Shown here: piece by piece, positions 13,722 through 24,654 of the stretch | Layout: every line of letters begins with the position of its first letter | Position numbering within the stretch: position 1 is the stretch's first letter | DNA from: Callorhinchus milii | Lineage: Eukaryota | NCBI RefSeq assembly: GCF_018977255.1 | Contig: NW_024704742.1 | Coordinates: 130,202,001-130,266,000, forward strand | Length of the DNA stretch: 64,000 nucleotides | Direction of reading: 5' to 3' | Program-made: the position numbers and the translations under genes | Notes under the pieces: generated by a model | Told to the model about the DNA's origin: nothing | What the model saw: only the letters and a program-made list of their open reading frames with translations | The model's database searches: none

Positions 13722-13727
13722 AATAAA
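13722..13727 (+). terminator. Poly(A) signal of copy A
   Basis: AATAAA followed by a U/GU-rich TTTTCTTTTGTGTGTTG. Conserved in copy B. Confidence 0.6.
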
Positions 13728-13775
13728 CCTACCATCATTCTATTTTCTTTTGTGTGTTGAGGTGATTCATTAGAA

Positions 13776-14020
13776 CAACGTTCCCCCAACAGGCGGCCCG
13801 CGAGCCGCATTCGGCCCGGCGGGTGATTTTTTTNCCGGCCCACGACCATTTCCAACATTCCAGCTTCCATTCTCTCCCTCCCTGGTGACCGTCCTCTCAC
13901 GGCAATGCCAGGAGCCGGAGGTTTGGGGGACCCATGCCGGAGAGTGGAAATAACATCGGCCATTGCTACAGTGTGTACTGGAGCCGTATACAACCGCGCC
14001 AGCTCCGGCCACTGCACATA
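13776..14020. mobile_element. hAT-like non-autonomous DNA transposon end
   Basis: Begins CAACGTTCCCCCAACAGGCGGCCCGCGAGCCGCATTCGGCCC, a typical hAT subterminal motif, after the 8-mer CATTAGAA. The other end was not found. Confidence 0.5.
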
Positions 14021-14029
14021 GTGAAAACA

Positions 14030-14960
14030 CTACGCAAACTACTGCAGATGCTTGAAATCTGAAACAAAAACAGAAGTCGCTGGCAACACTCAGCAGGTCA
14101 GGCAGCATCTACGGAGAAAGGAAAGTGAGGCAACGTTTGGGGTCCACGACCCTTCATCAGAACTGGGGCATTTTGGGAGGGAGAGGTTTTTAAGGGCTGA
14201 CAGTGAGGGGGGAGGCAGGGCAAGGAAGACAAAGGAGAAAATGGGGAAAAAGACAAGGGATGATGTGTTAAAGAGGTGTTAATGATGCAAAACAAAGTGG
14301 GATGGAAATTGCAACAAAAAGTAGGCAGACCAGAGAGAGGAAAGGTGTGTCTGGGACCCAGATGATGTGGTAATGGTCACAGAAGAGGGAGAGGGGGAAG
14401 ATGAGCTGTTACGGTCTGAAATTGTTGAAATCAATATTGAGGACAGAGGGCTGTAAGGTCCCTATCAGATAAATGAGGTACTGTTCCTCGAGTTTGCACT
14501 GTGGCTCATTGGAACAGTGTAGGAGACCATGGATGGAAAGATCAGAGTGCGAGTGGGAGGGACAGTTGAAGCGCCAAGAACCCGGAAGCTCAGGGTTGTG
14601 CTTAGGACAGAACGGAGGTGTTCAGCAAATTGGTCACCCAATCTGCATTTCGCTGTAGAGGAGACCACAACGTGAGCAGCGATGGTGGTAGTACATGTAA
14701 ATCGCTGTCTCATTTAAAATCTGTGTTTGCGGCCCTGCATAGTGGTATGGGAGTAGGTGAAAGGGCAGGTATTGCATCTCCGGCGCTGGCATGGGAAGGT
14801 ATCTGGGGGAGGAGAGCAACTGTTGGTGGTGATGGAGGAATGAACCAGGGAGTCACAGAGGGAACAGTCCCTTTGGAATGCTGAGAGGGGAGGAAAAGAT
14901 ATGTTTAGTGGGTGGATCACGCTGGAGGGGCCGGAAATGGCAGAGAATTATTTGTTGAAT
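14030..14960 (-). mobile_element. Penelope-like element, GIY-YIG end
   Basis: Fragments DTFPCQRRRCNTCPF, RQRFTCT and RLGDQFAEHLRSV. Confidence 0.75.
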
Positions 14961-14989
14961 GTTGGGGCTGGTGGGCTGGTGGGGTGGGG

Positions 14990-17452
14990 TCTAGTCCTGG
15001 AGTTCAGGGTGGAGGCAGAGAGGTAGAGTTGGGTGTCAACTGCATACATGTGGAAATTTACCCCATGTCTGCGGATGATGTCACCAAAGGGGAGTATGTA
15101 GAGGGTGAAGAGGAGGGGACCAAGGACAGAGCCCTGAGGTACACTGCACGAGACAGTGAGGGGACTGGAGGAGGAGCTGTTTGCCGCGACGAAGTGGAGG
15201 CGGTGTGAAAGGTAGGACCTGAACCAGTCAAGGACAGAGCCTTGAAGGTTGAGGTGGGAGGAGAGGCGGTGGAGGAGGATTGAGTGTTCCACGGTGTCAA
15301 AGGCGGTGGAGAGGTCGAGGAGCACAAGGAGGCAGAGGGAACCTTGGTCACACATGGTCAGGATGTCATTTGTGACCTTGACCAGAGCAGTTTCTGTGCT
15401 ATGGGCAGCATGGAAACCCGATTGGAGGGGCTCATGGAGGGAGTGAGAGGAGAGGAAAGAGCGAAGCTGGGAGGCAACGGCTCTCCCAAGGACCTTGGAT
15501 AGGAAGGTTAGATTTGAGATGGGCCGGTAGCTAGATAGCTGTGATGGGTCGAGGGAAGGTTTATTTAGGGTGGGGGTGATGATGGCTGTTTTGAGCGGGG
15601 AAGGAACAGTGCCAGATGACAGGGAGAGATTAATGATGTCCGTGAGTAGTGGGGCAAGGAGGTGGAGCTGAAATTTAAGGAGAGGGGTAGGGATGGGGTC
15701 GAGGGAGCAGGTGGTGGACTTCTTGGAGGTTACCATGTTTAAGACAGAGGAGGGGGTAACAGGTTCAAAGGTGTGGAAGGAGGGATGGATAATTGTCGGA
15801 TGGGTAATTGTGTGGGGTGGGGGTAGGGAGGGGTTGGAAGTTGGGAGGGCAGTGGCAGCTGAGCAGATTCCCTCAATTTTGGACTCGAGGAAGTTCAGCA
15901 TTTTCTCGCAGTGAGAGTCAGAAGTATCCGCGAGGCGTGTCGGGGAAGGCGGAGGAGCCGATTAATGGTAGAGAACAGGAGCCTGGGATTGCCTTTCACC
16001 TCCAGGATTAAGCTGGAATAGAAGGATGCTTTGGCTGAGGCGAGAGCGGAGCGGTAGTTCTTGATGAGGTCCAGCCAGATGTAGCAGTGGACCGTTAGGC
16101 CGGATTTGAACCAAGTGCGTTCAGCAGACCGCACCTGGCCCTTAAGCAAGTGGAGGTGACTGGAGGACCAGGTTGAGGATCGAGAATAGGAAGCAGTTCG
16201 GGAGGTGAGGGGGGCAAGGCTGTCGAGTGTGGTGGAGAGGGTGCTGTGGAGAAGAGTGAATGCAGCGAGTGGGTTGTTGCAAGAGGTGGGCCAGAGGGGG
16301 AGGAGATCAGAGGACTCTAGGGCAGCAGAGAAAGATGCGGGGAGACCTTCTTCCATGGGTGGTAGAAGATGGTGGTAGGTTTGGGGGCAGTGGGAGAGGG
16401 ATATGGAAGTTGAGGGAGATGAAATGGTGGTCAGAGATGGCCTTATATATAATAATAATAATAGTGATGGTGACATCCGAGACGCTGAGGCCCCGAGTGA
16501 TCACCAGGTCGAGCGGGTGACCATGGGTGTGGGTAGCAGAGCGGATATAATAATAATAATAATAATAATCCTTGCATTTGATATAGCGCTTTTCACGTCG
16601 GGAGGACGTCCCAAAGCACTTCACAGAACACACTGTAAAGTGAATTGACTGTATATTTGTGGGCGAACGCAGCAGCCAATTGCGCACAGCAATGTCCCAC
16701 AAACAGTCGTAGATTGAAAATGACCAATTTATTATTGTTTTTGGTTTTGGAGGAATTATTATTAGCCGTGTGGAGTAAGGAAACTTGCCCAAGGTTTCGT
16801 CCTGCCTGGAATTGAACTCAGGTCTCTCGCTTGCAAACCGAGTGCTCTAACCACTGAGCTACAGGACTCCACAAAGGAGGACGGTAAAGTAAGAGGATTT
16901 TCAGAGAGAGGTGGGCGGGATGGCAGAGGATGAGGTGTTCGAAGGAGGGGAACGAGCCTGTGGAGTAGGGGGATAGGGCAAGTGACACCCTGGATATGAG
17001 TGCCATACCACCGCCACGATGGTTGTGGCGTGGGGTATGGTGGTAGGTGTAGCCGGGTGGTGTGGCCTCAGTGAGGGGGAAGGTGTCACCTGGGGTGATC
17101 CAGGTTTCTGTTAGTGCCATGATGTCAATGTTCTCATCGAGGATGAGTTCATTGATGGCCAGGATCTTGTTGGAGATGGAGCGGACATTTTGAAGTCCAA
17201 TGTGGAGTGGACAGTTGGCAGGGGGATGTGTGGGATGGGAGGGGGTAGTGGAATGGTTGAAAGGGAGGGTGGGGGTGCAGATAAGGGAGGAGAGGTTAGC
17301 CTCCAGGGTCAGGGTCTGGGGTGGCTTGTGGCAGTAGTGGGGAATGAGGCAGTCGGCTGGACAGCCAGCGCCGACTGCTGCGATGAGCCCGGCGGAGGAT
17401 TCCCAGACTGGAGCAGAGGGAGGCAATGGGGGGGTCAAACAGAGATAAAAGG

Positions 17453-17502
<50 letters not shown>

Positions 17503-17940
17503 AGCTCGGGGGGGGGGGGGTAGCCAAGATGCGCACGCTGGGACAAGGGGGGGGGGGTTTGGCAGGACATTGTCAGCCTGGGGGGGGGGGGGGGGGGGGG
17601 GGGCTAGTGGCACATAGTGGGGAGGGTGCTCATTGCGGATAGCAACGAGCAGCCCGCAGGGGAAGGACTGGGCAGACAGACAGACAAACAGACAGAGGGT
17701 GGGAGGGAGGGAGACAGACAGACAGACACTGGTACAGGCTGTACTATCCTGTACTATACTAATCAGTAGGTGGCATCAGGGATTCAAACCTGGCGGGCGG
17801 AAGTGACGTGGAAAATCTGGAGGTCTAAAATTGCGGCTCCCCCTGACCGGTAATGGCCGCCGCTCGATCCCCGAGACACCCGCCCCACCTCAAGGTCCAC
17901 GAGACCCCCGGCCCGGCCGGCAGTTACCGGCCCCTGCCTC
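14990..17940 (-). mobile_element. L2-clade LINE with APE endonuclease and RT, 3'-truncated; the CpG-rich 17640-17940 is its possible 5' UTR
   Basis: EN segment GLQNVRSISNK...ALTETW...HPLDLV. RT segment LDLSTAFDTV, VPQGSVLGP, YAVDTQLY. Confidence 0.85.
16546..16872 (-). mobile_element. tRNA-derived SINE nested in the L2 endonuclease region
   Basis: Same family as 13164-13486, in reverse orientation. Confidence 0.9.
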
Positions 17941-17959
17941 TAGCTAACGAGTAGGTCCG

Positions 17960-18340
17960 GAACAAAGAGTGTTCCAGATGGCCAACAAGCGTAGCTGGGA
18001 CCCATGCGGGTTCCCATAGCAACACCTTTTACTTGGAGGAAGTAGTTGGAGTTGAAGGTGAAGTTGTTCAATGTCAGAACAAGTTCAGCCAGGCGCAGGA
18101 GGGTGGTGGTGGATGGAGATTGGTTAGGCCTCTGTTCGAGGTGGAAGCGAGGGCCTGAAGGCCATCCTTGTGGGGGCTGGAGGTGCAGAGGGACTTGAAC
18201 ATCCATTGTGAATAGGAGGCGGTCAGGGTCTGGGAACTGGAAATTGTTGAGGGCGTCAGAAGAGTCAAGGATGTAGGTTGGTAGGGCCTGGACAACAGGA
18301 GCAAACATGGAATCCAGATATGAGGACTGCACATAGTGAC
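17960..18340 (-). mobile_element. Penelope-like element RT fragment
   Basis: LFTMDVQSL...LVLTLNNFTFNSNYFLQVKGVAMGTRMGPSYAC. Confidence 0.8.
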
Positions 18341-18349
18341 CGCTTGGCT

Positions 18350-18838
18350 GATTGGGAGAGAAAGAGAGATTAAGAAACGGGAAGAGAAGAGAGGGATTGA
18401 GAAGGGGGAGATAGGAGAGGGATTGAGAGAGTGGAAGGGGGGAACAAAGAGAGGGAGAGAGAGGAGGATTGAGGGAGGAAGAGAGAGGGGGGTGGAGAGA
18501 GGGGACATGGAGGGATTGAGAGAGGAGAGAGAGAAAGAGGGGGGAGATGGGATGGGGGAGGCAGAGGAGAAGCAATAGGGATATGGGGGGAGGGAGAGGG
18601 TAGATTGGGAGGGAGAGGGGAGATGGGGGGACTGAGAGAGGGGGAGAGAAAGGGGGGAGAGAGAGTGTTTGCATGAGAGAGAGATAGACTGTGAGAGAGA
18701 GGAAGAGAGAGAGTGAGAGTGGGGGAGAGAGAGTAATTCACCAAGAATGGGAGAGCAGAGAAAGAGATTCAGAGTGGGAGAGGGGCGGGAGGGGGAGATT
18801 GAGAGAGAGAGGGGGGAAGAGAGCAGAGTGAGAGAGAC
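18350..18838. repeat. GA-rich low-complexity tract
   Basis: Direct reading. Confidence 0.9.
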
Positions 18839-18851
18839 ATTCATTGCATCA

Positions 18852-18865
18852 GCCACTAGGCGGCA
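18852..18865 (+). promoter_or_regulatory. CTCF-like motif (duplicate of the 3.9 kb motif)
   Basis: GCCACTAGGCGGCA in the context ATCAGCCAC..GGCA, which is shared with 3888-3905. Confidence 0.45.
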
Positions 18866-21800
18866 TCATTAACCTTCACATTTCATCTGGGTCAGGGCAG
18901 ACGCCAGCCATCCAGCAGCCACTCTCAGTGAGATTGTTAATTTAGCGCTTAGTGGTTCTCTGGACTTTCAGGCTCTGTCTATTGGGTTAAGACTTTCCAC
19001 ACACTCACTCACAACATCACAAGATTAGTTTGGATAATGACAGCTCTTCTGCCCGTCCGATCTCATCTCCCCAGAACACCCACCCAACCTTACCCTCATC
19101 CACAGCTCGGATGCAAACTCCTCATTCTCACCTCATCTCTGTGTCAGATGGTTGTGGGTTAAAACTCCATGTTGGGATGTTGAACTCACATAGTCTAGGC
19201 TGACACGCTAGTGAAGTCCTGGGAGCGTGTTGCATTGTTGGAGGTGCAGTCTTTCATATCACACATTGAATCATTAAAGATTATGGGACTACTTGAAAAG
19301 GGAATGGAGTTTCTCCTGTTGGTCCTGGCCAAGAATAACCCAGATAAAATTGATCACTTTCTCAATGGCTGTTTGTGGGACATTGTTGTATGCAAATTGG
19401 ATGCCGTGTTTGCCAAAACAAATACCCAGTCACACCACTTTACAGTATGTCCTATGAAATGCTTTGAGATATTTCAGCAACATGGAAAGGTGATATATCA
19501 AATGCAAGAGTTTTTTTTGTTACTATTGCTTATTGTTTCCACTTGAAAAACTTCCCATCCTACAGTTGTTGTTGTTGAGATCCTCACCCCTTAGCAGGTC
19601 GCAGAGGTAGGGAGGAGCAAGGATTAGAAAGAACTTGCATCTTTATATTATGAAATATTTCCAAGAAAGAAGGCGATAGAACGATCTTCAATTATTATCA
19701 AGTGTAGTAACTGGCTTCTGCAGACAAACATTTTGCCAGCAATATCTCACAGACAGCAATAAGGTGAATGACCGATTAATCAGGGTTTTTATTGGGCAGG
19801 ACACATTGTTCTTATCAATAGAAAAACACAATAATAACTTGTACATATACAGTACATTTCAAGTAAGATAACAAGCAATAGAAACACAATACAGGGACTG
19901 TGTGGAAATCTGAGCACCGTGGAGGGGAGGAGGGGGTGTGGAGGGAGGAGAAGGAAGACCTAGAGGTAAGTTTCGACAACCACAAGGGAGGGAGGGAGGG
20001 AGGTTTAGGGTGGGCGCTCCACAGATCATGGACATAGTGCCAGGAAGCACTTGCATCTTAACCCTTGCCCTAATTGGCAGAAAAGCACTTGTTTCTGTGC
20101 CTTGCTTCGTACTGAATCTTTAGTCAGGTTAGTATCACACCAACAACAACATGTGTTGACGTACGACTTTTATATAAAGGAACGTCTCAAAACACGACTC
20201 ATAGCTGCTTGCAAGCTGTTGGGTGTGGTTACATAAATATTTGTTCAGGCAGCTATACGTACTTGGGATTCCTATGAGTGGAAAAACAAAGGTCTGAATA
20301 ACATTGTCAAATAATTTGGGCATATAAACAAGCCCTGTTGAATTTGAAGACGATCACATTTAATGTAAACGTGAAGAGACCCTCCTCTTCGACCGAGCCT
20401 TCAGTCACCCTCCTTCCCCCCACTGACCTCCACCCTCCCCGATCCCGACCCCCAGCTCGGGTTCGAAACACTGACTGACCAGCGTCTTCGGACGTCCCCT
20501 CGAAGTGAAAGGTGCTATACAAATGTAATTGTTGTTGTTGTTGTAAATGCAATTATTTGTTCAAGGAAACCAGGAAAGCATTACTCCAGTAGCTAATCAA
20601 ATCAACTGAGACATGAAACTGAGGAACAACTTTCAAGTCCGTTGCTATACTTTCTCTCAAAAACAATTTTTTTTCCCCAAAAGTTTGAATTTTTTATTAC
20701 TCACTCTTTACGAAATGTTGTCAGTGTGGCTCAGTCGGTAGCACTCTCTCCTCTGGGGCGGAGAGTTGTGGGTTCAAGCCCTAAATCAGGAAATTAGTTC
20801 AGACCCTAAACTGACACCACTGGAGAGCGAGCACTCACTACATTGTTGGAAATAGTAAATTAATCCTCTCAGGCCTTCACTTCTTTAAGGAAACAAGCAC
20901 TTTGTTGAAACATCTCAAAGCACTTCACAGAATATACTGTAAATTAAATTGACTTTGTGGCCAAAATATCTCAGTATTTCTGGGGGGGAGGGGGTTAAGA
21001 CTGCTGCATTGTCAGAACTCTTGTGTTTTGTATGACAAAAAACAGTCATTGGGTTTGACAGTATAACTACAGCAGTTTGAGACATTTCGATATGATCAGG
21101 TGCTGGAATAAAATGCAATCTCCTCCTCTAACTCCATTGGCCTGAAGAACAGTGAGCTAGTTGCATTTTGAATCTATGTCAATCTCTCATTAATTACCCT
21201 CTATTTTTTAAAACAAAATATATATTTATTAATAAATAGAATATATATTTACACTTGTCTCAAGGAAGAAAATTCCACTGACAGAAAGAAGAAAATGCAA
21301 CACATTAGTATCCCATTACACGGTGGTTGTGTCTTGTTCCTTGTTTCTTGGCTATCAATCCCCCAAATAAAACTGGTCATTCACTTCATGGATGTGTGTG
21401 GAACCTTGGTGTGTGCAAAATGGGAGCCACGTTCGCCTACACATACACAGTCACTACACTTTACAGGAACTATGTGAAGTGCTTTGACAATATATGCCCT
21501 AAGACATTTAAAGATGACAATTAAATATTAAATATTCAAAAAAGTAAATCTGTTTTGAATTCACAGATCATAAATTTACCTGAATGTAATAATAATAAAC
21601 CTTGCATTTGATGTAGCGCTTCAATACTTTGTTGAGACCTCTCAAAGCGCATCACAGAATACACTGTAAATTGAATTGACTTTGTGGGCAAAACATTCAG
21701 TATTTGGGGGGTGGGAGGAGAGGGCGTGAAGAGTGCAGCATTGTCAGAACTATTATGCTTGGCAAAAACAGGCATTGCATTTGACAGTAATTACTGTAAA

Positions 21801-21928
21801 GCAATTTGAGGCATTTCGATCTGATCAGGTATAAAATGCAATCTCCTCCTGCAACTCCATCAGCCTGAACAACAGTGAGTGTGGATCAAAGGCTGTAGAT
21901 GGCGACTCAGCAGTTAAAATTCTTGGCG

Positions 21929-22012
21929 ATGACGTTTTAGAAACTGTAGTTTCCTTATCGAAACACGCAAGGCTTCTATATATAGACATGTCTATTAGAG
22001 CTGAACCATTTC
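21929..22012 (+). promoter_or_regulatory. Core promoter of NOXA-like copy B
   Basis: TGACGT at 21930-21935, ISRE-like AGTTTCCTTATC, TATATATA at 21977-21984, p53-type half-site AGACATGTCT at 21984-21993, and Inr CCATTTC. Confidence 0.7.
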
Positions 22013-22295
22013 CTGGTTGCTGTGCAGTGCTGTGCAGTGAGTGAGTGAGAGCGGAGTCGCAGCGTCACAGACAGTGAAGCAGCAGATAGACGTGTCTGCG
22101 CTTGTCTCCAGCAGGGAATCAGCACAGTCACTACACCTCAGCCCCATAAAGAGAGGAGTCCCACATCATCCCACATATAAACCCCACCAGAGAGACGCAC
22201 ACACACAGAGACACACAGACAGACACACACACAGACAGACACACAGACAGACAGAGAGTCACTGAAGGAGACAGTAGAGGACCTTATTGTTGACA

Positions 22296-22386
22296 ATGGT
22301 GGGAAGCCCAAGACACAGAATGAATGGTTACTTGAGGTCAACTGGACCCAGTGCTGAAGCTGAACCCAGAGCGGCTCCACCAAAGG
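22296..22386 (+). CDS. PMAIP1: NOXA/PMAIP1-like copy B, coding exon 1
   Basis: Identical to copy A exon 1 except GAG>AAG (E30K). Phase-1 donor G|GTAACT. Confidence 0.8.
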
Positions 22387-22871
22387 GTAACTATCCTCTC
22401 TCACACTTACACACTTTGTTTATTCGGAAAAACAAATATTTTGGGAAGGGAAAAAAAGTATTTGTTTTAAAGCCCTAATTCTTTTTTTTCTTTCTGTTAT
22501 TATGAATGACTCTCATCGCTTCCTTTGCGTTCAGGGTGGGGTTGGTGGGGGCAATAGAAGTTGTGGGTTTGCTTGTAATATATATAATGTAATGTAATAA
22601 ATTATAGAAATTTACAGGACAGAAGGAGGCCATTCAGCCCATTGAGTCTGCACCAGCTCTCAGAGCAAGGTGTTCATTCAATCCCACTGCGCTGCCTTAT
22701 CCCCATATCCCATCAAGCCTCTATCATTCATTTACCTGTCCAGCTCCTGCATGAAACCCACAAAGGACTTTACCTCTACCACCTTGCTTGTATTATTGCT
22801 ACGTTTGTATTCTTACCACACAGCCCAGCGAGGAAACTCAAGTTGTTGATGTTTTGTGTTTTTAGCTCCAG

Positions 22872-22975
22872 ATCCGAACGCTATCAAGGAGTGCGCGATG
22901 AGGATGAGGATGATTGGAGACCTGTGCAACTTTCTCCAGGTGATGGTGAATACCTTGAGGAGCGCCCTGAGATGA
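22872..22975 (+). CDS. PMAIP1: NOXA/PMAIP1-like copy B, coding exon 2 (DPNAIKECAMRMRMIGDLCNFLQVMVNTLRSALR*)
   Basis: Acceptor TTTTTAGCTCCAG and an intact BH3. The protein totals 64 aa. This frame is not in the ORF track. Confidence 0.82.
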
Positions 22976-23995
22976 CCCTTCACCTGATGACCCAAAGCCC
23001 AGACAAAAAGGAGAGAGAAAAAAACACAACTAAAGAAAAAAGAGGAGTCGTTTAGAGATTTTCGATTGTTTTCCTCACCCTCATTTCCCCCCGGGAGCTT
23101 TCTTTTCTCACTGGATGTGATGTTGGTGTAAAACAATCTAGGCGGGAAGTCGCCTTTGAAATGAGTTTCCAGTACAGACAGATATAGCGGAGGTTTGGAT
23201 CCTGTTTTGTGTGGGAGGATTAAAAAAAGTAAAGCCGCCCCTCCACCCCACTGGGGTGAGGCTGTCCTTTTGGTTTTGATACGGAGAGAGATGGAGTGCG
23301 TGGAATTCTCAGTTGGATTTGGATACTCTTAAGCACGGTGATGGGTTTCCACACCTGGCTGACCAAACAAGGAGAGAGAGAGAGAGAGAAGTCCCTGCTA
23401 TCTATCTGTCTATCTGGTCTGTCTGTCTATCGTTTGACACAGAAGTTATGTGAGGGTCGGAGTTATTCAATTACGTGTGTACTCGAGGAAGAGGTTTAGT
23501 CTTACAGCACACAAGTCGATGTGTTACGGTATTGTGTGTGGGTGGCGAGATTTTTAAAAAAAATGTAAGCGCAAATTGTGAGATGGCTGTTGGCAAAAAT
23601 GTAAACCATAATATAACTCGGGAAGACTTTGTCAGCCAGGATATATATATACATTATATATAATATATACATTATATATATAGGGAGAGAGCGCGCATTC
23701 CATTTCCAGACACAAGGACATTTCCATATTTAAGAACATCGTATGTGGAAGTCTCCGTCTGATTTGGATACTCTTAATAAGAGCAAGGTGATGACAGGTA
23801 CATGTTTGCAAACTAATGGAGGGTGCTCTTGGGCTGTTTTGCAAAAGCACGTTTTGATAATGTGTTGCTTCTATAGATAGGTATCAAGGTTATTTTTTGT
23901 AACTTCTCCATGTAAAAACTGTAATACTTTGTGTCCCGCAGTAGTGCTAAACTACCTTAACGCTGTAATGGCTTTCTGCTTGTAGCAACATGTTA

Positions 23996-24001
23996 AATAA
24001 A
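23996..24001 (+). terminator. Poly(A) signal of copy B
   Basis: AATAAA in the same context as copy A. Confidence 0.6.
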
Positions 24002-24654
24002 CCTACCATCATTCCATTTTCTTTTGTGAGTAGATGTGATTCATTAGAACATGTGATTTTGACAAGTGGATACCATTATATTTCAAATAAATCAGTGCTG
24101 AATTATTAACTGCGACCTCTGGTTTTCAATCAAACAACCCAGTGGTTTGTCCACTGTCAATTTTGGTTTTATTTTCACATAGTTTTGCTTCATACACTTC
24201 TCAAATAAAAATTTGGATCCATTTCTGAATCTTGATCTACCTGCCTATCCTCCTGGATAGGGGAAGGCAAGTGGGGGTCTTCTTGGAGCTGAGCGTGCTC
24301 CAAGGTGACATGCTTGGCAACAGAATGTCAGAATCAACCCATACCCCTGTGGCGGTCTCAGTAGCCCCATTCCTGAGCCAGACAGGTCTACAATACTCCA
24401 GGGCACTGCTGATGACAGCCCAGCCAGCCTGTCTCATTGGCAGGATAAGTTGATTGGAAAGGTAGATTAGTCATTGAGGCAAGAATTCTTCTCACTCGGC
24501 TCCTGTTAACCCTGTAAGTCAAAACCCTAATGGGTAGGGTTGCCTGAGCAGAACTAGCAATGGGAAGCTTGCCAGACAGTGCTCTTAATAGAAAGCTGCA
24601 CAGTTTTGGCTGATTAAACTCCAACAGAATCCTAACAGAAACAGTCCTGGTCAA

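Noticed and set aside
17454..17603. Poly-G runs / poly-proline ORF
   Set aside because: Homopolymers inside a LINE. Their length is unreliable and may be an assembly artefact.
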